Under the pieces are notes generated by a model, which worked only from the letters and a program-made list of their open reading frames with translations, ran no database searches and was not told the DNA's origin. This document shows, piece after piece, positions 15,057 to 24,642 of a stretch of DNA of 39,152 bases. The stretch comes from Chloroflexia bacterium (lineage in GTDB: Bacteria > Chloroflexota > Chloroflexia > Thermomicrobiales > JALYUS01). The position numbers were made by a program, and so were the translations under genes. Position 1 is the stretch's first letter. The number at the start of each line of letters is the position of its first letter. The stretch spans positions 1 through 39,152 of the forward strand of contig JAICJW010000001.1 in assembly GCA_025928215.1 (NCBI GenBank). Reading direction: 5' to 3'.

Positions 15057-17147
15057 ATGAGTACGCGGCAGACAGCACTAATCGCGGATGTGGGAATCGC
15101 GCTCAATGCGACCGATCCCCTCCCGGTAATGCTGCAAACATGCACCGAGGCAGTCGTCCGCCACCTCGATGCCGCATTCGCACGCATCTGGGTGCTGAAT
15201 GCTGCCGAGAATGTGTTGGAATTACGCGCCAGCGCCGGCCGTTACACGCATCTTGACGGCGCGCATAGCCGCGTGCCGGTCGGCGCGCTGAAGATCGGGC
15301 TGATCGCTCAGGAGCGCCGGCCCCATCTGACGAACGATGTCCCCAATGACCCGCGTGTCAGCGATCCGGACTGGGCGAGGCGCGAGGAGATGGTCGCGTT
15401 CGCGGGCTATCCGCTGACCGTCGGAAACCGGCTCGTTGGTGTTCTGGCGATGTTCGCGCACCAACCCCTCGGAGAAGAGACGCTCGCGATACTCGCCTCG
15501 GTCGCGCGGATGATCGCGACGGGAATCGCGCGCAAGCAGGCGGAGGAGCGACAACAGGAAGAGATCCAGATCGCCGAGACGCTCCATCATGTCGGGATGG
15601 CCCTCGCCTCGGAGCGCGACCTGCAATCGCTCGTCCAAATCGTCACCGACGCGGCCACCGAGATCGTGCGCGCGCAGTTCGGCGCGTTTTTCTATAATAT
15701 CCTGAATGATCTGGGCGAATCATACATGCTGGATACGATCTCCGGTGTGCCGCGTGAGGCGTTCGCGGACTTCCCGATGCCGCGCAACACGGCGATCTTC
15801 AACCCAACCTTCGTTGGCGAGGGAATCATTCGCCTGGCCGATGTCACGCAGGATCCGCGCTTCGGGCAGAACGCGCCCTACTTTGGTATGCCGGAAGGGC
15901 ACCTGCCGGTGCGCAGTTACCTCGCCGCCCCGGTGATCTCTCGTACTGGTGAGGTGCTGGGCGGGCTTTTCTTCGGCCACAATGAACCGGGTGTCTTTAC
16001 CGAGCGTGCGGAACGGATCCTCGCGGGAATCGCCGCGCAGGCGGCGATCGCGATGGATAACACCAAGCTCATCCGCGATGCGCGAGCGGCGGAGACGCGC
16101 TTTCGCAGCCTGTTTGAAAGCGTTCCCGATGCGATCTTCGTCGCGGACGCCACCGGCCGCTATCTCGATGCCAACCCCGCCGCGACCACCCTCCTCGGCT
16201 ACACGCGGGAGGAATTCCTGCGGCGTACGGTGATGGACATCTCCGTCAATGATCGGGGAGCCGCTGAAGCGTACGATCTGATGCGGCAGGCGGGTGTGTG
16301 GCGCGGCGAGCATGAGTTGCGGCATAAGAATGGCACACTTGTCCCGACCGAGGCGCAGGCGACCGCCGTCGTGCTGCCGACAGAAACGGTCTATCTGTCG
16401 GTCGTGCGGGATATTTCCGAGCGCCGGGCGGCGGAGCGCATGCAGCAGGATTTCATCGCCATGGTCGCCCACGATCTCAAGAACCCTCTGACGACGCTGA
16501 AGGGAAATGCCCAACTGATGCAGCGGCGCAACAGTTTCAGCGAGCGGGGAACCGCGACGATCGTCGCGCAAGCAAACCGCCTGGAGCGCCTGATTGACGA
16601 CCTGCGCGATGTCGCACGCCTCGATGCGCGGGTGATCGCTCTTGAGCGCGCGCCTGTTGACCTCACCGCGCTCGTCCGTCAACGCGCGGAGGAGGCGCAA
16701 ACGCTGACCCGCATCCACGATGTGCGAGTGGAGATGCCGGATACGCCGGTGATCGGCGATTGGGACGAGGACCGGCTGGAGCAGGTGATTGACAACCTAC
16801 TGATGAACGCGATTAAGTATGCGCCGAACGGTGGGGAAATCCAGGTGCGTGTCGAGGATCGCGGCGCGGCGGCGCGCGTTTCGATCCGCGATTACGGCAT
16901 CGGTGTCTCGTCCGAAACGCGTGAGCGATTGTTCGAGCGGTTCTACCGCGCCGCAAGCGGCATCGCGACGGACAAGAAGGGCCTCGGCCTCGGCCTGTAC
17001 ATCAGCAAGGCGCTGGTCGAGGCACACGGCGGGCAGATCGGCGTCGAATCATCGCCCGGCGAGGGAAGTACATTCTTCTTCACCCTGCCGTATCTGGTGG
17101 ATGAAGCGGTCGCGCGGGCCAGCGCGGAGGGTTTGCCGCATGAGTGA
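15057..17147 (+). CDS. Cytoplasmic sensor histidine kinase (GAF-GAF-PAS-HisKA-HATPase_c)
   Basis: Two GAF-like segments (...ARIWVLN...ELRASAG...GYPLTVGNRLVGVLAMF; ...SYLAAPVISRTGEVLGGLFFGH). PAS: FRSLFESVPDAIFVADATGRYLDANPAATTLLGYTREEF. H-box: FIAMVAHDLKNPLTTL. N/G boxes: NLLMNAIKYAP, DYGIGV, GLGLGLYISKALVEAHGG. ATG 15057 follows AGGAGAGGG. No TM segment seen. Confidence 0.9.
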   Translation: MSTRQTALIADVGIALNATDPLPVMLQTCTEAVVRHLDAAFARIWVLNAAENVLELRASAGRYTHLDGAHSRVPVGALKIGLIAQERRPHLTNDVPNDPRVSDPDWARREEMVAFAGYPLTVGNRLVGVLAMFAHQPLGEETLAILASVARMIATGIARKQAEERQQEEIQIAETLHHVGMALASERDLQSLVQIVTDAATEIVRAQFGAFFYNILNDLGESYMLDTISGVPREAFADFPMPRNTAIFNPTFVGEGIIRLADVTQDPRFGQNAPYFGMPEGHLPVRSYLAAPVISRTGEVLGGLFFGHNEPGVFTERAERILAGIAAQAAIAMDNTKLIRDARAAETRFRSLFESVPDAIFVADATGRYLDANPAATTLLGYTREEFLRRTVMDISVNDRGAAEAYDLMRQAGVWRGEHELRHKNGTLVPTEAQATAVVLPTETVYLSVVRDISERRAAERMQQDFIAMVAHDLKNPLTTLKGNAQLMQRRNSFSERGTATIVAQANRLERLIDDLRDVARLDARVIALERAPVDLTALVRQRAEEAQTLTRIHDVRVEMPDTPVIGDWDEDRLEQVIDNLLMNAIKYAPNGGEIQVRVEDRGAAARVSIRDYGIGVSSETRERLFERFYRAASGIATDKKGLGLGLYISKALVEAHGGQIGVESSPGEGSTFFFTLPYLVDEAVARASAEGLPHE

Positions 17148-17174
17148 TGGCCGGGAGCAGAGGAGACCGCCGCG

Positions 17175-17885
17175 ATGTCGCATCAACCGATACCGATAGA
17201 GAAAGGCCGAGCGGCTGACCCGAACGTGGTGCGCTCGCCCCTGTTCTTGCTTGTCTTAAGCCTCTGCTTTGTGATGGGCTTCACCTACCTCGGGCAGGAA
17301 GTCCACGAAACGGCCACGACCACGACCGATCAGCGTCTGCTCCGCCGCGTTGCCGACACGACCCGGCGATGGCCGCTCGCCCTGTCGGAAACCGTCTCCC
17401 TGTTCGGTACCGCGCCAATGGTCGTCGTCATCACAGCGGTCGTCGGTGCCTCGATCGCGCGGCATGGGCGCTGGTTCGATATCGCGCTGCTGATCGCGGC
17501 GATGATCGGCGCGGTTCTCCTGTCGCCATTGACGAAACATCTCATCAGCCGGGCGCGCCCGACCGCGTTCTTCCGTACGTCCGCGACCGGCTACAGTTTT
17601 CCGAGTGGCCACACGCTGAATGCCACCTGCCTTGCTCTGGCGCTCGGGTTTATCCTCTGGCGGTTTCCCTGGCATCGCACGCTGAAGATCGTCTGGACGC
17701 TCGCGCTCGTCGCCTACGCGGCCTGCGTGGGCGCGAGCCGGATCGTCCTTGGAGTGCATTACCCAACTGATGTGCTCGGTGGCTTCCTCCTCGGTGCGGC
17801 GTGGACGACACTGCTAATGACGGTCGTCCTCGGCGCGGAGCGGTGGCGGGCGGCGCGGCAGGAAGGTAGTGGAGGCGGGCTTTAG
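17175..17885 (+). CDS. PAP2-family (type 2 phosphatidic acid/undecaprenyl-PP-like) membrane phosphatase
   Basis: PAP2 motifs KHLISRARP ... FPSGHT ... SRIVLGVHYPTDVLGG, with several hydrophobic helices. Confidence 0.85.
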   Translation: MSHQPIPIEKGRAADPNVVRSPLFLLVLSLCFVMGFTYLGQEVHETATTTTDQRLLRRVADTTRRWPLALSETVSLFGTAPMVVVITAVVGASIARHGRWFDIALLIAAMIGAVLLSPLTKHLISRARPTAFFRTSATGYSFPSGHTLNATCLALALGFILWRFPWHRTLKIVWTLALVAYAACVGASRIVLGVHYPTDVLGGFLLGAAWTTLLMTVVLGAERWRAARQEGSGGGL

Positions 17886-18018
17886 AGCCTGCTTGAGAAC
17901 CTCACCCCCTGACCCCTCTTATCTGCCCAGAGGGCACCCGCGATGCAGAGGGGAGCCAGCGAGTTTTGAAACCGGCTCTTCGCCTGCCTCTCTGTAGCAG
18001 GCTAAAGTCCGCCTCCAC
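17869..18018. repeat. Palindromic element spanning the 3' ends and stop codons of two convergent genes (includes copy B of the GGGGGTGAGGT-type repeat)
   Basis: The left arm GTGGAGGCGGGCTTTAGAGCCTGCT (17869-17893) pairs with the right arm AGCAGGCTAAAGTCCGCCTCCAC (17996-18018). The reverse complement of the right arm is GTGGAGGCGGACTTTAGCCTGCT, which differs by 1 mismatch and a 2-nt indel. The interior carries ACCTCACCCCC (17899-17909) and the stem CCCCTCT (17913-17919)/AGAGGGG (17947-17953). Confidence 0.6.
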
Positions 18019-18976
18019 CAGATGAACCGAATCGCTCGCAGTACGCGGTCGGGGCGAAGACGCGAAGCGCCTTCGGGGCCACAGTGACCTCGACCGGTGT
18101 CTCGCCGCCATGCTCGCCGTCCACCGTGATCTGTTGTGACGGCTCGGTACGGATCGTCAGCCGCGTCGTTTCGAAGTAGTTGTTACGCGGGTCGGTCGCG
18201 TGCCTTCCGCGCGCCACGGACCATGCGCCGCGAATCAGCTGGTAGCGCGACCGCCCCTCTAATGTGAAGACGACCAATGTTCCGTCGCTAATTGACGCAT
18301 CCGGCCCCGCCTTGATGTGCTCGCCGACGTACGTTCCGTTCGCGACGACCAGTTGATGCGTCGCGACATCGCAGACTTTCTCGATGGCTTCGATGTGGAC
18401 CTTGAAGTTCTGATGGCGCGGGAGGACTTTGAGCGCGGCGACTCCGTACGCGAAAAAGCCGAGGGTGCGCTTGAGCCGCCGCGTCGCCGCGCGCGAGACC
18501 TCGTCCGATACGCCCATGCTCAGCGTGTTGATAAAGTACCGCCCGTTCGCGCAGCCCAGATCAATCCGGGCGATCTGCCCCGCCGCGATCACGCGCGCCG
18601 CCCCGCCCAGATCGAGCGGGATTTCGAGCGTGCGCGCGAGATCATTGCCTGTTCCCAGGGGGAGCACACCGAGGGTGATGCGCTGATTCGCGAACGCTTC
18701 CATCACGCCGGAGAGCGTCCCATCGCCCCCACCGACGATGATCCGCTCGCAGCCCGCCGCGATGGCGCGCTGGATCGCGGGGAGGAGCGTATCGGGATCG
18801 TCAACCGCGACCGTCTGACCGAGCGTGAGCCCCGCATCTTTCAGTGACGCGATCGCTTGCGCGAATTGCTTCGCGCCGCGCCGCGCGTGGGTATTGACGA
18901 AGAGCGCGGCAGGAGCATCCGCAGGCTCGACCCGTGACAGAGAACCGGCGCTCGTGGAGTGTATCGCATCAGTCAC
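18002..18976 (-). CDS. Diacylglycerol kinase catalytic-domain lipid kinase (YegS/BmrU family)
   Basis: Contains ALFVNTHARRG..., IIVGGGDGTLSGV, LGVLPLGTGNDLARTL. GTG start at 18976, with AAGGAG 7 nt upstream. Confidence 0.85.
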   Translation of the reverse strand: MTDAIHSTSAGSLSRVEPADAPAALFVNTHARRGAKQFAQAIASLKDAGLTLGQTVAVDDPDTLLPAIQRAIAAGCERIIVGGGDGTLSGVMEAFANQRITLGVLPLGTGNDLARTLEIPLDLGGAARVIAAGQIARIDLGCANGRYFINTLSMGVSDEVSRAATRRLKRTLGFFAYGVAALKVLPRHQNFKVHIEAIEKVCDVATHQLVVANGTYVGEHIKAGPDASISDGTLVVFTLEGRSRYQLIRGAWSVARGRHATDPRNNYFETTRLTIRTEPSQQITVDGEHGGETPVEVTVAPKALRVFAPTAYCERFGSSGGGGL

Positions 18977-19203
18977 ACCGTCGCTCCTTGCCCTTCATTG
19001 GTTTCGCCCATCCCGTACGTGCCTGCAACATCCGGCGCATCGTGGCATACGAACGGTTATCCCGCAAGGCGAGCCGTTGTAGAATACGAGCCGATGCAGC
19101 GAGAAGCCTCGTCGCGACATGGGGCGCACATCCCGGTCGCAGCGGCGACGGGCTTGCGGTCGCGCCCGATGCGCGGTAGCATCCGGCCATCTTCCGTGAA
19201 TCG

Positions 19204-20139
19204 ATGGCATTCGACCGCAGGTACACCCCTCATCGGGGCGTGTCGGCGGCGATGAAGCGAATGGGGTGCGCGATGACCGCAGGAACACCGAATACCCATG
19301 CCTCCTCGACAGGACAGACGTTCACGGACGCCGCCTGGCTCGACGACCACTTCGAGGCGAGCCGCCCGGAGTACGAGGCCCAGCTGCGCGCCGTCGGCAT
19401 CCGGCCCGGCTGGCGCGTCCTCGACGCCGCCTGCGGCTCCGGTCCCTTCCTCCCCTGGCTCGCCGCATTGGTCGGCCCGGCCGGTCACCTCGCCGCGCTC
19501 GACCTCGCGCCCGACAATGTCGCGGTCGTGGAGCGGCGGGTGGCCATGTCTGCGCTGCCTTGTCCGGTGGAGGCGCGCGCGGGCACGGTCCTCGCCCTGC
19601 CGTACGCGGACGACAGCTTCGACGCGGTCTGGTTCGCCAACACCTCGCAGTACCTGAGCGACGCGGAGCTGGCGACGGCGCTGGCGGAGTTCCGCCGGGT
19701 GGTGCGGCCGGGCGGGCTGGTGGCGGTCAAGGATGCCGATCTCGCCTACCACTCCATCGCACCCGCGCCGCGCGGGTTGGTCCTGCGGCTTGTCGAGGAA
19801 GGGGCGCGGCGCGGCTCGGGGCAATCCGCGGGGACGCTGCGCACCCCGCTGCTCGGCGGCTGGCTCCGGCGGGCGGGGCTGGTGGAGGTGTGGCGGCGCG
19901 CGACGCTGATCGAGCGCGCCCCGCCCCTGGACGCGACGACGCGCCGATTCTGGCGGGGCAGCCTGACCTTCTTCGCCTCGGTCTCCGCGGGGTGGGACCT
20001 GCCCGAGGCGGACCGGGAGGCGTGGGAGGGGCTGCGCGACCCGGACACGCTCGACCGCTTCCTGGACGACCCCGACACGTGCCTGATCGAGGGGAACGTG
20101 CTGGCGGTGGGCCGGGTGCCGGCTAGGGAGAATGGTTGA
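19204..20139 (+). CDS. Class I SAM-dependent methyltransferase
   Basis: Contains GWRVLDAACGSGPFLPWLA (motif I), LDLAPDNV, LPYADDSFDAVWFANTSQYL, VRPGGLVAVKD. The start is uncertain; in-frame ATGs lie at 19204, 19252, 19261 and 19273. Confidence 0.8.
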   Translation: MAFDRRYTPHRGVSAAMKRMGCAMTAGTPNTHASSTGQTFTDAAWLDDHFEASRPEYEAQLRAVGIRPGWRVLDAACGSGPFLPWLAALVGPAGHLAALDLAPDNVAVVERRVAMSALPCPVEARAGTVLALPYADDSFDAVWFANTSQYLSDAELATALAEFRRVVRPGGLVAVKDADLAYHSIAPAPRGLVLRLVEEGARRGSGQSAGTLRTPLLGGWLRRAGLVEVWRRATLIERAPPLDATTRRFWRGSLTFFASVSAGWDLPEADREAWEGLRDPDTLDRFLDDPDTCLIEGNVLAVGRVPARENG

Positions 20140-20288
20140 GACTCCCTCACGCGTCACGCGGCGTACATTCCGCCGAGCACAGAGAAGGGTCCGATAAAAA
20201 ACCGTCAAAACTATGACCGGAATGTGTATCCTATGTCGTGACGAGGTTTGATGCAGCGACGGGGAGCGGATGAGAAACGGGGGCGTGC

Positions 20289-21833
20289 GTGGAGGAGCGG
20301 GAAATCACCTTCGGGCAGCGGGTAGCGGCGCTGGCGGCAGAGCATCCGGAGAAGCCGGCGATCATCTTCCTCCCGCGGGAGGGCGCGGAGCGGATTGTCA
20401 CCTGGCGTGAGCTGGACCGGGAGACGAACCGGATCGCACGGCTGCTGGCGGAACGCGGCGTCGGTGCCGGTTCAACCGTCGTCGTCGGCGTCTGGAATTC
20501 GCCGGAACATCTGATGGTGACTGCCGCCGCCTGGAAACGGGGCGCGCTGATGCTGCCGCTGCGCGCGATCCTGCCCGCCCGCGAGCGCGACGGTATCCTC
20601 GATCTCGCCCGGCCCGCGCTCGTCTTTGCCGACTGGGAGGAGGTGCCATATCCCGTCCTCCGTCCGGCGGAACTGTCGCTTGCCACGGCGTACGACGACG
20701 CGCCCTTGCCGGACGACCCGCCCCATCCCGGCAAGGCGATTGCCTCCGGTGGCTCGACCGGGCGCTCGAAGATTGTTGTGGATCGCACCGCACATCCGGT
20801 GCGCTATGGCACGCGGGCGTCGCGACTCGGTGCGGCGCATGGGCAGGTGCAACTGCTCTGCGCGCCGCTCTACCATAACTCGCCCTTCCTCAGCGCCTAC
20901 GGCGGCCTGGCGGACGACCACACGCTGGTATTGATGGAGCGCTTTGACGCGGCGCGGGCGGTGGCTGCGATTGAGCGGCACCGCGTCAACTACGCCTACA
21001 TGCCGCCGATCATCATGCGCCGGATCATCATGCTGCCCGGCGTGCGGGAGCGCGATTTCTCCAGCATTGAGGCGATCCAGTCGTCCGCGGCTCCGTGCCC
21101 GCCGTGGCTGAAGCGAGCGTGGATTGATTTGATCGGCGCGGAGAAGGTCCACGAGGTCTACGGCTCGACCGAGGGGATCGGCGCGACGATGATCCGTGGC
21201 GACGAATGGCTCCGGCATCCGGGTAGCGTTGGCCGCCCCGTCTCCTGCGACCTGCGCATCCTCGATGAGCAGGGGAACGACCTCCCGCCCGGCGAGGTGG
21301 GGGAGATCTACACGCGCCCCCTCGCGACCGATGGCCCCACCTTCACCTACGTTGGTGGGGCACACATGAACGCGACGCCCGACGGCTTCTACAGCGTCGG
21401 CGACCTCGGCTGGGTGGACGCGGCGGGCTACCTCTTCATTGCCGACCGGCGCGTGGACCTGATTATCAGCGGCGGGGCGAATGTCTATCCCGCCGAAGTG
21501 GAGGCGGCGCTGCACGACCACCCGGCGCTCGCCGATCTCGCCGTTATCGGCGTGCCGGACGAGGAGTGGGGGCGGCGCGTCCACGCCATTATCCAGCCTG
21601 CCGATCCCGCGAACCCACCGCCGGTGGCCGATCTGGACGCCTGGGCACGCGCGCGGATCACCTCGTACAAAGTGCCGAAGACGTATGAGATCGTGGAGGA
21701 ACTGCCACGCAACGAGGCGGGCAAAATCCGCCGCTCCGCCCTCGTCGCCGAGCGCGCCTCGGGCTGGAACCCGGCGATGCTCACCGCACGCGGCGAGCCG
21801 CTGGCCGCCCCCTCAGCGGCACCCACTCCCTGA
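20289..21833 (+). CDS. AMP-dependent synthetase/ligase (acyl-CoA synthetase family)
   Basis: Contains AIASGGSTGRSKIV (AMP-binding P-loop), YGSTEG, YSVGDLGWVDAAGYLFIADRRVDLIISGGANVYPAEVE, LPRNEAGKIRR. GTG start as in the ORF track. Confidence 0.85.
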   Translation: MEEREITFGQRVAALAAEHPEKPAIIFLPREGAERIVTWRELDRETNRIARLLAERGVGAGSTVVVGVWNSPEHLMVTAAAWKRGALMLPLRAILPARERDGILDLARPALVFADWEEVPYPVLRPAELSLATAYDDAPLPDDPPHPGKAIASGGSTGRSKIVVDRTAHPVRYGTRASRLGAAHGQVQLLCAPLYHNSPFLSAYGGLADDHTLVLMERFDAARAVAAIERHRVNYAYMPPIIMRRIIMLPGVRERDFSSIEAIQSSAAPCPPWLKRAWIDLIGAEKVHEVYGSTEGIGATMIRGDEWLRHPGSVGRPVSCDLRILDEQGNDLPPGEVGEIYTRPLATDGPTFTYVGGAHMNATPDGFYSVGDLGWVDAAGYLFIADRRVDLIISGGANVYPAEVEAALHDHPALADLAVIGVPDEEWGRRVHAIIQPADPANPPPVADLDAWARARITSYKVPKTYEIVEELPRNEAGKIRRSALVAERASGWNPAMLTARGEPLAAPSAAPTP

Positions 21834-21921
21834 TCGCCCCTTACATCCTCGCCGCACGGATCGTGCGATCAGTAGTGCTCGGGCGCGGCACGACATCACG
21901 GCATTCCGAATGGAGGCAACC

Positions 21922-23430
21922 ATGCAGCGCATGCCGCCCCGCATCCGCCCGCTCATACTCATCCTCGCGCTCGCCGTCGCCGCGCTCATGCCGCTCGGGA
22001 TTGCGGGGTATGACTGGCCGGCCTTCGGCGGCGCGCGCACCGTGGGCACCAATGACCAGGAGACGCTGCTGACACCGGCGAACGTCGGCGGCCTGCACCG
22101 CCTCTTCCAGGTGCCGCTCCCGGCGATTGCGGACGGCGCACCCGTCATGCTCGGTGGGGTCGCAACCCCGGCAGGGACGAAAGACCTCCTTTTCGTCACG
22201 ACGCGCGCCGGGCAGATCGTCGCGCTCGATGCCCATGATGGGACGCAAATCTGGCAACATGCCGATGGCCCCGGCGATTGCCATATCAACGGCGGCGCGG
22301 CTGCGTGCTACACGACCTCCTCCCCCGCCATTGACCCGAACAAGCAGTTTGTCTATAGCTACGGGCTGGATGGCTACGTCCACAAGTACGCCGTGGGCGA
22401 CGGCACCGAGCGCAGCGATGGCGGCTGGCCTGAACTCGCCACGCGCAAAGGGTCGGACGAGAAAGGCTCCTCGGCGCTCGCCATCGCCACGGCAACGGAT
22501 GGCACGAGCTACCTCTATGCCGCGCATGCGGGCTATCCCGGCGACCGCGGCGACTATCAAGGGCACCTGACGACGATTAACCTCGCGGACGGCTCGCAGC
22601 ATGTCTTCAATGCCGCATGCAGCGATCAGGCAGATGTCCATTTCTTCCCCAGCGGGCAGGGTGGGCAAGGGCCGGACTGCGACGCCGTGCAGACGGCGAT
22701 CTGGGTGCGGCAGGGCGTCGTTTACGACGCAGACACGGACAAAATCTACACCGTAACCGGCAATGGCCTATATGACGGCGCGCACAACTGGGGCGAGTCC
22801 GTCATTGCCCTCAACCCGGACGGCACCGGCGAGAACGGCGGCCCGCTCGACGCCTACACGCCGCCCAACTTCGCGGCGCTGACGAGCCGGGACGCCGACC
22901 TCGGCAGCACCGCCCCGGTGATCCTCCCGCCGCTGCCGAACAGCGCGATCGCGCACCTCGCCGTACAGGGTGGCAAGGATGCCAAGTTGCGCCTGCTCAA
23001 CCTCGATGACCTGAGCGGGCAGGGCGGCCCCGGCCACACCGGCGGCGAGATCGGCCCGCTTGTGGATGTGCCGCAGGGCGGGCCGGTGCTCACCGCCCTG
23101 GCCGTCTGGGTCAACCCGACGGATCAGTCTGTCTCAATGATCGTGACCAACAATAGCGGCATCTCCGCCGTGCAAGTCGTGATCGGCAGCGACGGTATGC
23201 CGAGCCTGCGCCCGCTTTGGCAGAATGCGATGGGCGGCACCTCGCCCGTCGTCGCCAATGGCGTCGTCTATTACGCGGGCGCGGGCATCATCCACGCCCT
23301 CGATGCCGCGACAGGGAACGAACTCTGGCACGACGCCATCGGCGGCATCCACTGGGAAAGCCCCATCGTCGCCAACGGCGTCCTCTACATCACCGATGGC
23401 AGCGGCAACCTGACCGCATACGGCGTTTGA
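21922..23430 (+). CDS. Secreted PQQ-like/BamB-like beta-propeller repeat protein
   Basis: I set the start at ATG 21922 (MQRMPPRIRPLILILALAVAALMPLGIAG, a signal peptide) preceded by GGAGG. The upstream part of ORF 21481..23430 overlaps the ligase gene. Repeats of the type GQIVALDAHDGTQIWQH ... GIIHALDAATGNELWH ... VLYITDGSGNLTAYG are present. Confidence 0.8.
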   Translation: MQRMPPRIRPLILILALAVAALMPLGIAGYDWPAFGGARTVGTNDQETLLTPANVGGLHRLFQVPLPAIADGAPVMLGGVATPAGTKDLLFVTTRAGQIVALDAHDGTQIWQHADGPGDCHINGGAAACYTTSSPAIDPNKQFVYSYGLDGYVHKYAVGDGTERSDGGWPELATRKGSDEKGSSALAIATATDGTSYLYAAHAGYPGDRGDYQGHLTTINLADGSQHVFNAACSDQADVHFFPSGQGGQGPDCDAVQTAIWVRQGVVYDADTDKIYTVTGNGLYDGAHNWGESVIALNPDGTGENGGPLDAYTPPNFAALTSRDADLGSTAPVILPPLPNSAIAHLAVQGGKDAKLRLLNLDDLSGQGGPGHTGGEIGPLVDVPQGGPVLTALAVWVNPTDQSVSMIVTNNSGISAVQVVIGSDGMPSLRPLWQNAMGGTSPVVANGVVYYAGAGIIHALDAATGNELWHDAIGGIHWESPIVANGVLYITDGSGNLTAYGV

Positions 23431-23544
23431 GACGAAGTGTAGTCTGCTTCTCCTTTCTCCTCCGATTGACGCCCGTTTGCGCCGCGTGCGACACTCGGCG
23501 TCGCTGCGGCAAACGAAGATGACGATACAGAGAGGGGTACGGCA

Positions 23545-24642
23545 ATGGTCCGTGTAGCGATGATCGGGACGGGCGGAGTCGCCGTCCAGAACCATATTCC
23601 GGGGATTCGCACGCATCCGCAGGGGGAAGTCGTCGCGCTGTGCGACCCGAACCCGCAGGCGCTCGCCAACGCCAGCCAGGCATCCGGCGTGACGCGCACC
23701 TACGGCGACTGGAACGAGGTGATCGCGCAAGACGACATTGACGCTGTCGTGATCGCCACGCCGAACAACCTGCACATGCCGATTGCCGTCGCGGCGGCGC
23801 AGGCGGGCAAGCATGTGATGAGCGAGAAGCCGCTCGGCCTCAACTACGAGCAGTCCGAGGCGATGGTCGCGGCGGCGATGGCGGCGGGGGTCGTCAACAT
23901 GACCGCCTTCACGTACCGCTTCGTCCCGGCGATGCGCTACATGAAGCATCTCGTGGATGCCGGGACGGTCGGCGTGCCGTACCACTTCCGCGTCAATCGC
24001 CTGCAGGACTGGGGCGACCGCGCGGTCGGCTGGCGGCAGGTGAAAGCGCTCGCCGGTTCGGGCGAATTGGGGGATATGCTCTCGCACCGCATTGACTACG
24101 GCCATTACCTACTCGGCCCGATTGGTCGCGTCGTCTCGCAGATGAGGCAATACCTCACCGAACGGCACACCCCGGACGGCGCGGCGCAGGAATCAGACGT
24201 GGACGACTGGGTCGCCTTCCTCGGCGATTTCGTGAGCGGCACGACGGGCGTCTTCGAGAGCACGAAGATGGCAGCGGGGCGCGGGTTCTACCTCTACAGC
24301 CAGGATTACGTCGAGATCAACGGATCGGATGCCTCGCTCGTCTACTTCCTCAGCACGCCCTTTCAACTGATGGTCGGCAAGACGGGCGGCAATCTGGAGA
24401 CGGTGCAACTGCCGGAGGAATTTCTGAAAGTGCCCGGCTCACCGCGTGACCCGCATCAGGGCGATCCGCTACAGACTTTCCGCTACGACCAGTCGTTCGA
24501 GTTCATCCAGGCGATTGTCGAGGGCCGCCCCGCCTCGCCGGACTTCCACGACGGCTCGCGGGCGCAAGCGGTGATGGACGCCGTGATCCTCTCGGCGACG
24601 AACCGGCAGTGGGTGCATGTCCCCGGCGCGGAGGTGGCATAA
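23545..24642 (+). CDS. Gfo/Idh/MocA family oxidoreductase
   Basis: The N-terminal VRVAMIGTGGVAVQNHIPGI is a Rossmann motif, followed by DAVVIATPNNLHMPIAVAAAQAGKHVMSEKP (EKP motif). Confidence 0.9.
   Translation: MVRVAMIGTGGVAVQNHIPGIRTHPQGEVVALCDPNPQALANASQASGVTRTYGDWNEVIAQDDIDAVVIATPNNLHMPIAVAAAQAGKHVMSEKPLGLNYEQSEAMVAAAMAAGVVNMTAFTYRFVPAMRYMKHLVDAGTVGVPYHFRVNRLQDWGDRAVGWRQVKALAGSGELGDMLSHRIDYGHYLLGPIGRVVSQMRQYLTERHTPDGAAQESDVDDWVAFLGDFVSGTTGVFESTKMAAGRGFYLYSQDYVEINGSDASLVYFLSTPFQLMVGKTGGNLETVQLPEEFLKVPGSPRDPHQGDPLQTFRYDQSFEFIQAIVEGRPASPDFHDGSRAQAVMDAVILSATNRQWVHVPGAEVA

Noticed and set aside
21481-21921. 147-aa N-terminal extension of the PQQ-like propeller ORF
   Set aside because: It overlaps the 3' end of the AMP-ligase gene in another frame and is Arg/Pro/Ser-rich. 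A signal peptide with a GGAGG SD begins at 21922.
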